Part shown: piece by piece, positions 1 to 6,872 of the stretch
How positions within the stretch are numbered: the first letter of the stretch is position 1
Layout of the letters: each line of letters begins with the position of its first letter
From: a virus
Taxonomy: Duplodnaviria; Caudoviricetes
DNA length: 44,433 bases
Direction: 5' to 3' (one strand)
Virus record (IMG/VR): IMGVR_UViG_3300027976_000072
Location: 1-44,433 of that record
Position numbers and translations under genes: made by a program
The notes under the pieces: generated by a model
Database searches by the model: none
The model's input: only the letters and a program-made list of their open reading frames with translations
Told to the model about the DNA's origin: nothing

Positions 1-97
1 GGTTTACAGGAACTTCCTGATTGAATGTTAGCACATCCCTCTGTTGGTTTTGATTTATATAAATTCAATAACACATTAGAGTATTATTGATTAGTAA

Positions 98-126
98 ATA
101 AAGGGCATTTCACCCTTTATGTTTTT
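98..126. terminator. Intrinsic terminator-like hairpin downstream of the minus-strand ORF 125-277
   Basis: ATAAAGGG (98-105) / CCCTTTAT (113-120) inverted repeat with T/A-rich flanks, just after the ORF stop. Confidence 0.55.
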
Positions 127-277
127 ATTGCTCTTCTGCTATTTGATAGACAACATGAATGGGATTGTCTAATTCATAGGCTTTTATAGCCGCTATCATA
201 TTGTCAGCTTTTACACTTATAGAACCATGATTAGCTGAATTCATGTATTCCCTCCAAAATATTCTAAATGATTTCAT
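125..277 (-). CDS. Small hypothetical protein, 50 aa (MKSFRIFWREY...QIAEEQ); not in the ORF track
   Basis: Translated by hand, ATG 277 to TAA 125; preceded by AAACCCAACAATC, nearly identical to the leader of ORF 295-495; followed by a hairpin. Confidence 0.7.
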   Translation of the reverse strand: MKSFRIFWREYMNSANHGSISVKADNMIAAIKAYELDNPIHVVYQIAEEQ

Positions 278-294
278 GATTGTTGGGTTTGGGG

Positions 295-495
295 TTAAGG
301 AGCTTCTTTAAGTTGGCGATAAGCCAGTATGGATACAAATAGTGAAAGTATACCTAATCCGTAGGTAAAAACATCAGTTCCAATATTTGGAGTGAATTCA
401 CATGTGTAGTAGAATAGGTAAGTATAGCTACCCATTAAGAGTATTCCAAGAAGTGGGAACACTATTAGGTAAAGGAATCTGATAAGCAATCTCAT
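295..495 (-). CDS. Small membrane protein with two hydrophobic helices
   Basis: 66 aa, two hydrophobic stretches; shared leader motif AAACCCAACAGCC-ATG. Confidence 0.65.
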   Translation of the reverse strand: MRLLIRFLYLIVFPLLGILLMGSYTYLFYYTCEFTPNIGTDVFTYGLGILSLFVSILAYRQLKEAP

Positions 496-528
496 GGCTG
501 TTGGGTTTAGGATGAGTGTAAATGAAAG

Positions 529-553
529 AAAGAACTATTGTAGTTCTTTTTTT
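529..553. terminator. Hairpin with T-tract
   Basis: AAAGAACTA-TTG-TAGTTCTTT followed by further T's. Confidence 0.4.
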
Positions 554-586
554 GTGGATGTTTTTTAACTGACATAACAAGAAGGA

Positions 587-619
587 AGTTAGCTAATGTG
601 CAATGCACACTAGCTAACT
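587..619 (-). terminator. Long hairpin after ORF 624-878
   Basis: AGTTAGCTA.TGTGC...GCACA.TAGCTAACT inverted repeat 4 nt past the stop codon. Confidence 0.6.
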
Positions 620-623
620 GAAC

Positions 624-878
624 TCAAATCTCTCCTGCAGCCTCGCCTGCGAGGGTAAAGTAGAGACGATTATCCTCATGGAGGATAACCAAAGGTTCAC
701 CTTGGTCTATATCCCATTTCTCATTGCAAAAGCCAATGAGGTTACCCTTGGCGAAGATTCGGAGCTGGTCTCCAAATCGTTTAAACTGGAACTTCTTTAC
801 GTTGTGTAAAGATTTTGCTTTGGCCAAGGTAATAACCTTGCCTTCTAGCTTGCGAGCATTCTTTCTGCCTATTGCCAT
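624..878 (-). CDS. Hypothetical protein, 84 aa
   Basis: Natural-looking composition (basic N-terminus, beta-rich core), hairpin right after the stop. Confidence 0.75.
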   Translation of the reverse strand: MAIGRKNARKLEGKVITLAKAKSLHNVKKFQFKRFGDQLRIFAKGNLIGFCNEKWDIDQGEPLVILHEDNRLYFTLAGEAAGEI

Positions 879-1039
879 CTTTTTTCATGATTTAAGTCGG
901 GCATACTTGCCCTTCCAAATTTTCTAAGGGGCTGTTTTTCAGGGTGGTCCCTGCCTATGAACTTTCAACATGTTAAAAATTTTCAAAAAATTTTCAAATT
1001 TTTTTTTAGGTCCACTGTAACCCGATCAATATTTTTCCG

Positions 1040-1047
1040 TATACTTG
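1040..1047 (+). promoter_or_regulatory. Putative Bacteroidota-type -7 promoter element
   Basis: TATACTTG, one mismatch to the TAnnTTTG consensus, a few nt upstream of the first stem of the structured region; no clear -33 TTTG. Confidence 0.45.
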
Positions 1048-1050
1048 CAA

Positions 1051-1351
1051 TGGTGTTGAGCCTGGAATCAGAAACCAGATCACTCAACCGGTCCTTTTGC
1101 CTAGGTTTAGTTCAACTTAACGGGTGTCAGGAAGGGCTTAGGAGCAGTGAAGGTATTATAACCTGGAAACTTCTAAGACATCAAAAAGTTCTTTTTATAA
1201 GTATCTGGACTCACTTTAATGGCAATGGTAACGCTATATATATGTTAAAGAAGAGTGTGGTAGCCTTGGTTACAAGGAAGCACTGACAGAATATGAAGTA
1301 AAAGAATAGATTATAAAAACCTGTCTCGGGGAAAAAAAAACCGGGGACAGG
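1051..1351 (+). ncRNA. Candidate large structured non-coding RNA or 5' leader of the late operon
   Basis: Nested helices found by eye: 1051-56/1178-83 enclosing three hairpins (1057-1086, 1092-1136, 1137-1177); 1189-95/1300-06 enclosing 1209-1256 and 1257-1283; final hairpin 1320-1351; G-U pairs favour the + strand. Confidence 0.55.
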
Positions 1352-1386
1352 GAAGGGAACCTGTATCTAATTGTTACCTTTATAGT

Positions 1387-1434
1387 ATGAAACTTTACAT
1401 TACAACAGGGGAAACCAAATTACATAACACATGA
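1387..1434 (+). CDS. Possible 15-aa leader peptide (MKLYITTGETKLHNT) coupled to ORF 1431
   Basis: ATG 4 nt after TACCTTTA (-7-like box, 1375-1382); stop overlaps the next start (ATGA). Confidence 0.3.
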   Translation: MKLYITTGETKLHNT

Positions 1435-1685
1435 AGATATTAATAGATACGACAAATAAAACTGTACTGGTTAGTGACTACAATTCTAAATTAGAAGTTA
1501 TGCAATTTCTTTATAAGTTATTGCCTAAAAAAGAGTATAGCAACTATAGCATCGAGTTAAAGCCCTTTTCTCCTTTTCAATTTACTGGATGGGATACTAC
1601 AAAGGTTACTAATTTTTCAAAAATGTTTACTGGCGCTACTTTCAGTTCTCCAATACCTGAGTGGGATCCTACGCTAATTAAATAG
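1431..1685 (+). CDS. Small protein ending in one DUF285/BspA-like repeat
   Basis: WDTTKVTNFSKMFTGATFSSPIPEWD matches the WDTSxVTxMxxMFxxAxxFNxxIxxWD pattern. Confidence 0.7.
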   Translation: MKILIDTTNKTVLVSDYNSKLEVMQFLYKLLPKKEYSNYSIELKPFSPFQFTGWDTTKVTNFSKMFTGATFSSPIPEWDPTLIK

Positions 1686-1703
1686 AATTCTAACCTTTTA
1701 AAA

Positions 1704-1898
1704 ATGAGTCTGCAAATAGAAAAGTTATCTGAAGGGAAATTGTATAAATGTATCTTAACAGATATGAAAGTTCTTGTTTACCTTATAAAACCAAAGTCTC
1801 CTGGAATACTTGATAGGTGTTTCGGGAGGTACTTTGATGTAAAAGATCAGATATATAGACAGACTAGTATTAAAGACGGACAACTAGAAGACTTATGA
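1704..1898 (+). CDS. Hypothetical protein, 64 aa
   Basis: Co-directional, A-rich start context, ATGA overlap with the next ORF. Confidence 0.7.
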   Translation: MSLQIEKLSEGKLYKCILTDMKVLVYLIKPKSPGILDRCFGRYFDVKDQIYRQTSIKDGQLEDL

Positions 1899-2035
1899 TT
1901 ACTTGTATTAGGATAGAAAAACTAGATGGCGAACAAGTCAAATTCACATACTCAGATGGGACTATTGAGCTTTACCCATTATTTGAAATGCCTACAGATT
2001 TCCCAGAAGATGAGGACAATGATGATGAATTTTAA
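1895..2035 (+). CDS. Small acidic protein, 46 aa (MITCIRIEKLDGEQ...DEDNDDEF); not in the ORF track
   Basis: Translated by hand; ATGA overlap with 1704-1898; stop overlaps the ATG run at 2019-2027. Confidence 0.65.
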   Translation: MITCIRIEKLDGEQVKFTYSDGTIELYPLFEMPTDFPEDEDNDDEF

Positions 2036-2276
2036 CCTGGATGCGATATTTGAAGAGCAAGTGGGGTATCTTAAAATAGAACACTGTTCTAATAATACTA
2101 CGCTTGTGACTATATCTTCTACATGTTTAGAACATATTGTACACTGGGATGAAATTTTATATTCTCAAGAAGTAGATATATTAAGAAATAACAGCAGGAT
2201 AGAAAATAAAGAATTTGGGTTTAAAATACTTGACGATGGTAGGTATGAAAGAACTTTAAAAATACTGCATACATGA
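2025..2276 (+). CDS. Hypothetical protein (true start probably 2019-2025, not 1926)
   Basis: The upstream part of track ORF 1926-2276 is occupied by 1895-2035; ATGA overlap with 2273. Confidence 0.65.
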   Translation: MNFNLDAIFEEQVGYLKIEHCSNNTTLVTISSTCLEHIVHWDEILYSQEVDILRNNSRIENKEFGFKILDDGRYERTLKILHT

Positions 2277-2833
2277 ATTATAAAATACAAGTGCCGCACT
2301 CTACAGAAACCTTTGTGGATGCAGTGTCACTACTAGTATCTCCTACATTGACTAAACAAGAAAAAGCACTACTAGCACATTTGTTAACTCTTAATATAGA
2401 GTACAAACTATTGCCTATGAGACAAAGAATGGCTTTTATTCTTTCTTCTAGTACTAAAAAGTCAATGAGTGCAGCTTTAAATATTAAGACGACTCAGTTG
2501 TCTAATCTTATTAGGGCCCTTCAGAAAAAGCAACTATATGAAGAGCCCATATTAGAAGATGATAAACTTAACCAGCATCTTGATATTCCATCTGTCCCGG
2601 AAAATATTATATTTGCATTAATAAAACCTTTATCCCTACAAAGTGAGACAGAGACAAATACCCAACAGAGAGATACTACAAAAGATAGCGGACAAACACG
2701 GGTTGACCCTCCTGCAAGTGGAGGAATTATGGAAGCACTTAGGATTGTGGATAAGGAAAAACTTACCGCTGAAGAGCAAGACGCTGCACATAACGAATAT
2801 GGGAAAGATGATTCCCAACAGAGTGAACAATAA
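2273..2833 (+). CDS. Hypothetical protein, possible winged-helix/HTH DNA-binding protein
   Basis: LTKQEKALLAHL...KKSMSAALNIKTTQLSNLIRALQKKQL is HTH-like; polar tail overlaps the next gene. Confidence 0.65.
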   Translation: MNYKIQVPHSTETFVDAVSLLVSPTLTKQEKALLAHLLTLNIEYKLLPMRQRMAFILSSSTKKSMSAALNIKTTQLSNLIRALQKKQLYEEPILEDDKLNQHLDIPSVPENIIFALIKPLSLQSETETNTQQRDTTKDSGQTRVDPPASGGIMEALRIVDKEKLTAEEQDAAHNEYGKDDSQQSEQ

Positions 2834-2864
2834 AGAAACAGGAAATGATGGAGAAAAAGAATGA
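2643..2864 (+). CDS. HU/IHF-like DNA-binding protein (GTG start), overlapping ORF 2273-2833
   Basis: REILQKIADKHGLTLLQVEELWKHLGLWIRKNL...LHITNMGKM follows the HU pattern (ELIxxIAxxxGLSxxxVxxxxxxxxxxIxxxL...VxIxGFGxF). Confidence 0.65.
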   Translation: MRQRQIPNREILQKIADKHGLTLLQVEELWKHLGLWIRKNLPLKSKTLHITNMGKMIPNRVNNKETGNDGEKE

Positions 2865-3081
2865 AGTTACAAAAAAAGTACTTGAACTTAGGTTCAAAAG
2901 AGGAGATACTGTTCAGCACACACCTTCTGAAGAAAAAGGGATTGTAGTTGGATGTCAGTATCATCCTTATTCAGATAGTACCTATTATGTAGTAGATACT
3001 GGAGATGAGAACTTATGGGAAGATGTTACACTTATAGCTGTTAATAACACTGCAAAGCCTAAAGCGGGTTTTGGGAGATAA
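2845..3081 (+). CDS. Small SH3/KOW-like beta-barrel protein
   Basis: FKRGDTVQH...KGIVVG...YYVV pattern. Confidence 0.7.
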   Translation: MMEKKNEVTKKVLELRFKRGDTVQHTPSEEKGIVVGCQYHPYSDSTYYVVDTGDENLWEDVTLIAVNNTAKPKAGFGR

Positions 3082-3090
3082 ATTTTATAT

Positions 3091-3267
3091 ATGCCGACAG
3101 GAATTTACAGAGAAGGATATATAGAAACAGAAGAAAAAGGACTTATCTTTTTTAATTCTAAAACCCGCTGGAAAGTAGAAGGAGACTATATTGACGATGA
3201 ATGCTATATTTTTACTATTGAAAATTCTAAAGCAAAAATATTATCTAAGTGTCGCAAAAAGAACTAA
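3091..3267 (+). CDS. Hypothetical protein, 58 aa (MPTGIYREGY...); not in the ORF track
   Basis: Translated by hand; fills the gap between neighbouring co-directional ORFs. Confidence 0.6.
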   Translation: MPTGIYREGYIETEEKGLIFFNSKTRWKVEGDYIDDECYIFTIENSKAKILSKCRKKN

Positions 3268-3464
3268 AAAAAATAAAGAGTGTTATAGAGCATTGGCCAC
3301 TCGGGGGTTTTGTGTACCTCAAACACGATCCTGAACAATTGAAAAGAATGATTGTAGGGTTTACTGTATTTGAGAAAGATTTACTGTATTCCCTAAAGGT
3401 AGGCGAAAATGATTCTGAACATTATGACTATGAACTTGATTTTGAACCTAATGTGATAATATGA
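3249..3464 (+). CDS. Small SH3-like phage protein (GTG start)
   Basis: WPLGGFVYLKHDPEQLKRMIVG...HYDYEL, same beta-barrel pattern as 2845-3081. Confidence 0.7.
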   Translation: MSQKELKKIKSVIEHWPLGGFVYLKHDPEQLKRMIVGFTVFEKDLLYSLKVGENDSEHYDYELDFEPNVII

Positions 3465-3504
3465 AAATAGCTAGAGTAACATTTATAGAAATTAAATTTA
3501 CATC

Positions 3505-3993
3505 ATGAAAAGATTTGAACAGTTTGATAGTAAAAATGACTTTTGGAAAACCTTTCCAGAACTTTTGACGTACAGTATATTTAAAGAGCTTAAAGACACT
3601 GTAAAAACTTCATCAGAAACAATGTGGGCTTTGCATATTTGCGAGCACCCTAAGTCAATGGTTTTTAGCGACCCTAATAAACACAATAAATTTAAGCAGC
3701 AACTTGCCTCAATTAAAAACTTTCCAAAATTCGTAGAAGAATATAGGACCCGTGTTCTATCCCCTGCAGAAATGCAATTAATACGTTGGAAAGAAAACTT
3801 AGATAAAATCAACGACTATGCGAATACGTGCGATTTAAAAGAAATGAAAACTTCTGAGGTAAAGCACATTACAGATATCATGGAAAAAATACAGAAGCTA
3901 TTTCAAAATTATGATCTCATTCAACAGTCACTAAGAGACGAAGATAACAAAATCAACGAAAGAGAATCTTTATCAGAAACTGGAGAGATATAA
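3505..3993 (+). CDS. Helical protein upstream of terminase; candidate terminase small subunit
   Basis: 162 aa, helical/coiled-coil C-terminal half; function inferred from position only. Confidence 0.6.
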   Translation: MKRFEQFDSKNDFWKTFPELLTYSIFKELKDTVKTSSETMWALHICEHPKSMVFSDPNKHNKFKQQLASIKNFPKFVEEYRTRVLSPAEMQLIRWKENLDKINDYANTCDLKEMKTSEVKHITDIMEKIQKLFQNYDLIQQSLRDEDNKINERESLSETGEI

Positions 3994-4004
3994 ATAATAA
4001 GCCA

Positions 4005-4154
4005 ATGTCAGAACTAGAAATGCTTTTTGCAGTGAGAAAAGAGATCCGTGACCTGCAAGAATATACAAGAAAAAGGATCAATATACTTTTAGTTAAATTA
4101 ATAAAAATAGAAAAAGATGTCAACAAAGAAGACAAACAGAAAACCGGTGAGTAA
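4005..4154 (+). CDS. Small coiled-coil protein, 49 aa (MSELEMLFAVRKEI...); not in the ORF track
   Basis: Translated by hand; fills the gap 3993-4117. Confidence 0.5.
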   Translation: MSELEMLFAVRKEIRDLQEYTRKRINILLVKLIKIEKDVNKEDKQKTGE

Positions 4155-4671
4155 AAAGCCGGTGAGTAAAAAGCCGGTAGAAAACACTGCAGTTAATCTG
4201 CCTAGTAAAAGAGAACTTACAAATGCAATAATGTCTCTGGAGCAAAAAGTTAATATGATGTATAATTCTATGGCTACTGTAAATAGGAACCTAATTTTTG
4301 TACTTGATAAACTTACAGAAGAGACGCCTACTGTTTCTGAAACAGATTACTCACAAGAGTACTTAAGTGTACATGTGAATCATATGTTTAATAATACTTA
4401 TTATGATGATAAGGAAGAAAACTTTGTAAGGCTTACTCCAATTGTAGATGGTTGGACCCATGAAGAAGATAAAGGAACTTACACTTTTGACAAAGAAGGG
4501 GAGAAAACTTATATCATAGATGCGAAAGATGAACTTGCTGCCATGAAAGCTTTAAGAGAAAAACTTCGTGCTGCTGTAACCTTTGAACCAACGTTCTCGT
4601 TAAAAGTAGTTGAGGGAACTTCAGGAGAACTTTTACCTCTAACAGAAGTAATTGAAATAATGGAAAAATAA
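4117..4671 (+). CDS. Hypothetical protein with KKPVS repeats and a coiled coil
   Basis: 184-aa ORF ending 2 nt before the terminase start. Confidence 0.75.
   Translation: MSTKKTNRKPVSKKPVSKKPVENTAVNLPSKRELTNAIMSLEQKVNMMYNSMATVNRNLIFVLDKLTEETPTVSETDYSQEYLSVHVNHMFNNTYYDDKEENFVRLTPIVDGWTHEEDKGTYTFDKEGEKTYIIDAKDELAAMKALREKLRAAVTFEPTFSLKVVEGTSGELLPLTEVIEIMEK
4139..4178 (+). repeat. 15-bp tandem repeat (AAAAAGCCGGTGAGT unit, about 2.6 copies)
   Basis: Seen directly; encodes KPVSKKPVSKKPV. Confidence 0.85.
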
Positions 4672-4673
4672 GT

Positions 4674-6872
4674 TTGAATTTTTGGACAGGTATATCTAAT
4701 AGTTCTTATAAACTTTCTGAGATACCTTCTTTTAACCCAGTTACAGATCGATATGAGTATCTGGATTTTTGGAAGAGTGAGAAAAGAAAATGTATAGAAG
4801 GGACCTGGCAATCTGGTAAATGGATGCCAGGCCCTTTATACTTTTATATTAACTACTTCCATATCAAAGCCCAAGATATAAAGTCTGTCGGTGAAAAACT
4901 TATCCTTCCTTGGCTAAGAGACATTGACTGGGAGTTGTTTTTGCTTTATGAAGAGTGTAGAGGATTCTCTGGATTTTCTGGGGATAAGGTATATACCTGC
5001 AATAGATTCCTAGGCCCAGAAAAAGCTGTGCTTAAAGAGCTGGGAATCTTTGAGTTATATATTGAAAAAGGCTTAATAAGAAAGGAAGACCTTCTCAAAA
5101 CCTATACCCCAGCTAGAGATTATCTCAGAACAGTGCAGCTAACTGCAATGGGAAAGCCTTTATACGACAACAAGGCAAAGAACTTTATCTCTATGCAGTC
5201 CCGAGGTTCGGGAAAAAGTTTCTCCAGCGCTGCTATTATTGCACATAACTTTATTTTCGGAGGTTCGACAGACTATGATTATTATCTCCAAATAAAAGCA
5301 GAAGGAGGAGATGCAAAGTCTGACACTATAGTTGGAGCTATCGATACAAAATATTCTAAGCCTTTAATAGACAAAGTTCTTTTAGGTTATAGCAAACTAC
5401 CTGGGGAAGTCCAATATTTAGATACAACTTTTAGGGCCCCTTTCTATGTTGGCTTTAAAGGTTCTCCCAGAGAAAACAGAGACTTCACAAATAAACATGG
5501 TTCTGTAGTTTACCACAGAACTTTCAGAAACAACCCTCTTGCTGGTAATGCTGGTCGACCAAACTTGATGGTCATCGATGAGATTGGTTTCTTTGATATT
5601 TTAGCAGAAGCACTTGCGGGTGTGGAAGGTTCTCAAGTATCTCAGATACATAACAGACTTGTTATATGGATGTTAGGTACAGGAGGATATGTAAATGGAG
5701 GTTCTATAAACTATGTAGAACATATTTTTAGAGACCCTGAAAAATATAACTGTTTAGCTTTTGATGACGAGTGGGAGAAGCGAGGTAAGATAGGATACTT
5801 TGTACCTATTACTAAAGCTAACAATACTTTCAAAAAAGGAGAGAATCTAGTTACAGATTTAGAAACAGCTCTTAAATACGAGAACATCCAAAGACAAAAA
5901 AAGAAAGGGGATAGAAAGAAATACTCCGGACATATTATTAACTCTCCCTTAGTTCCTTCTGAAGTTTTCCTATTAACAGAAGGTACAAGATTCCCAACAA
6001 TACTTCTCAAAGACCACTTGCAAGAACTACTTGGGGGCTCTAGAAAATATTTAGTCGATCATTCTTATAGAGGTTGGATGAAATTTAATGACCAATCTGA
6101 GCCCTATCTAGATGTCTCCGAAAATGCTTTTCCAATAAGAAACTACCCAATAGGCAAAACCAACAAAGGTGTAGAAGAAGACCCAACAGGTTGTGTAGAG
6201 ATTTTCTTAAAACCTGTAAAAGGAGAACATGGAGACGTAGCAAGAAATAGGTATATCGCAGGAGCTGACGTTGTAGACAAAGACAGAGCTACTACTGATT
6301 CCCTTCCTTCTATATTTATCTACGACCGTTTAACAAATAAGATTTGTGCTGAGTATACTGGAAGAACAGATGATGCAAAGTTTTTCTATGAACAAGCCAG
6401 AATGTTGTGTTTATACTACAAAGCTAGCTTGATGTACGAGCAAAACCTTGTAGGTTTATTTACTTATTTCTCCCAACATAACAGTACTTATCTGTTAGCA
6501 GATACTCCTAGACAACTAAGAAACTCAGACACTTACAGAGAAAATACCAATACCGCTAAAGGTATCAACGCTAGTACAAAAGTTAATTCAACAGCAGTTG
6601 ACTTTATTGCTTCATGGCTTATCAGCCCAGTTGCAAAAGATAAAGAAGTAATGAACCTTACTACTATACAATCTCCAGCTCTTATTCAAGAGCTTATCAA
6701 GTGGAATACAAGTAATAACACAGATAGGGTTTCTGCTTTAGGAATGCTATTCTGGCACGAAGAGACTTTAAATAAAGTAGAGAGAGCGAACACAGAAAAA
6801 ACAATGGCTTTTGTAGAAAGCGAGTTTTTTGCTAAACGAGGATTAATATCACACCATGAGCAAGTATACTGA
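4674..6872 (+). CDS. terL: Terminase large subunit (crAss-like), TTG start
   Basis: Walker A QSRGSGKS, Walker B MVIDEIG, coupling motif GTGG, nuclease YIAGADVVD, YEQN and DRVSAL; directly upstream of the portal. Confidence 0.95.
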   Translation: MNFWTGISNSSYKLSEIPSFNPVTDRYEYLDFWKSEKRKCIEGTWQSGKWMPGPLYFYINYFHIKAQDIKSVGEKLILPWLRDIDWELFLLYEECRGFSGFSGDKVYTCNRFLGPEKAVLKELGIFELYIEKGLIRKEDLLKTYTPARDYLRTVQLTAMGKPLYDNKAKNFISMQSRGSGKSFSSAAIIAHNFIFGGSTDYDYYLQIKAEGGDAKSDTIVGAIDTKYSKPLIDKVLLGYSKLPGEVQYLDTTFRAPFYVGFKGSPRENRDFTNKHGSVVYHRTFRNNPLAGNAGRPNLMVIDEIGFFDILAEALAGVEGSQVSQIHNRLVIWMLGTGGYVNGGSINYVEHIFRDPEKYNCLAFDDEWEKRGKIGYFVPITKANNTFKKGENLVTDLETALKYENIQRQKKKGDRKKYSGHIINSPLVPSEVFLLTEGTRFPTILLKDHLQELLGGSRKYLVDHSYRGWMKFNDQSEPYLDVSENAFPIRNYPIGKTNKGVEEDPTGCVEIFLKPVKGEHGDVARNRYIAGADVVDKDRATTDSLPSIFIYDRLTNKICAEYTGRTDDAKFFYEQARMLCLYYKASLMYEQNLVGLFTYFSQHNSTYLLADTPRQLRNSDTYRENTNTAKGINASTKVNSTAVDFIASWLISPVAKDKEVMNLTTIQSPALIQELIKWNTSNNTDRVSALGMLFWHEETLNKVERANTEKTMAFVESEFFAKRGLISHHEQVY

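Noticed and set aside
724-927. 67-aa plus-strand ORF
   Set aside because: Shadow of the better supported minus-strand gene 624-878
957-1286. 109-aa plus-strand ORF
   Set aside because: Starts in A/T tracts, has unnatural composition and overlaps the promoter-like box and structured region; probably not coding
1137-1290. Hammerhead-like words (CAGTGA...GAAA, CTGACAGA)
   Set aside because: No exact CUGANGA core and no three-stem hammerhead topology
1926-2024. Track start at 1926
   Set aside because: Region better explained by ORF 1895-2035 with an ATGA overlap
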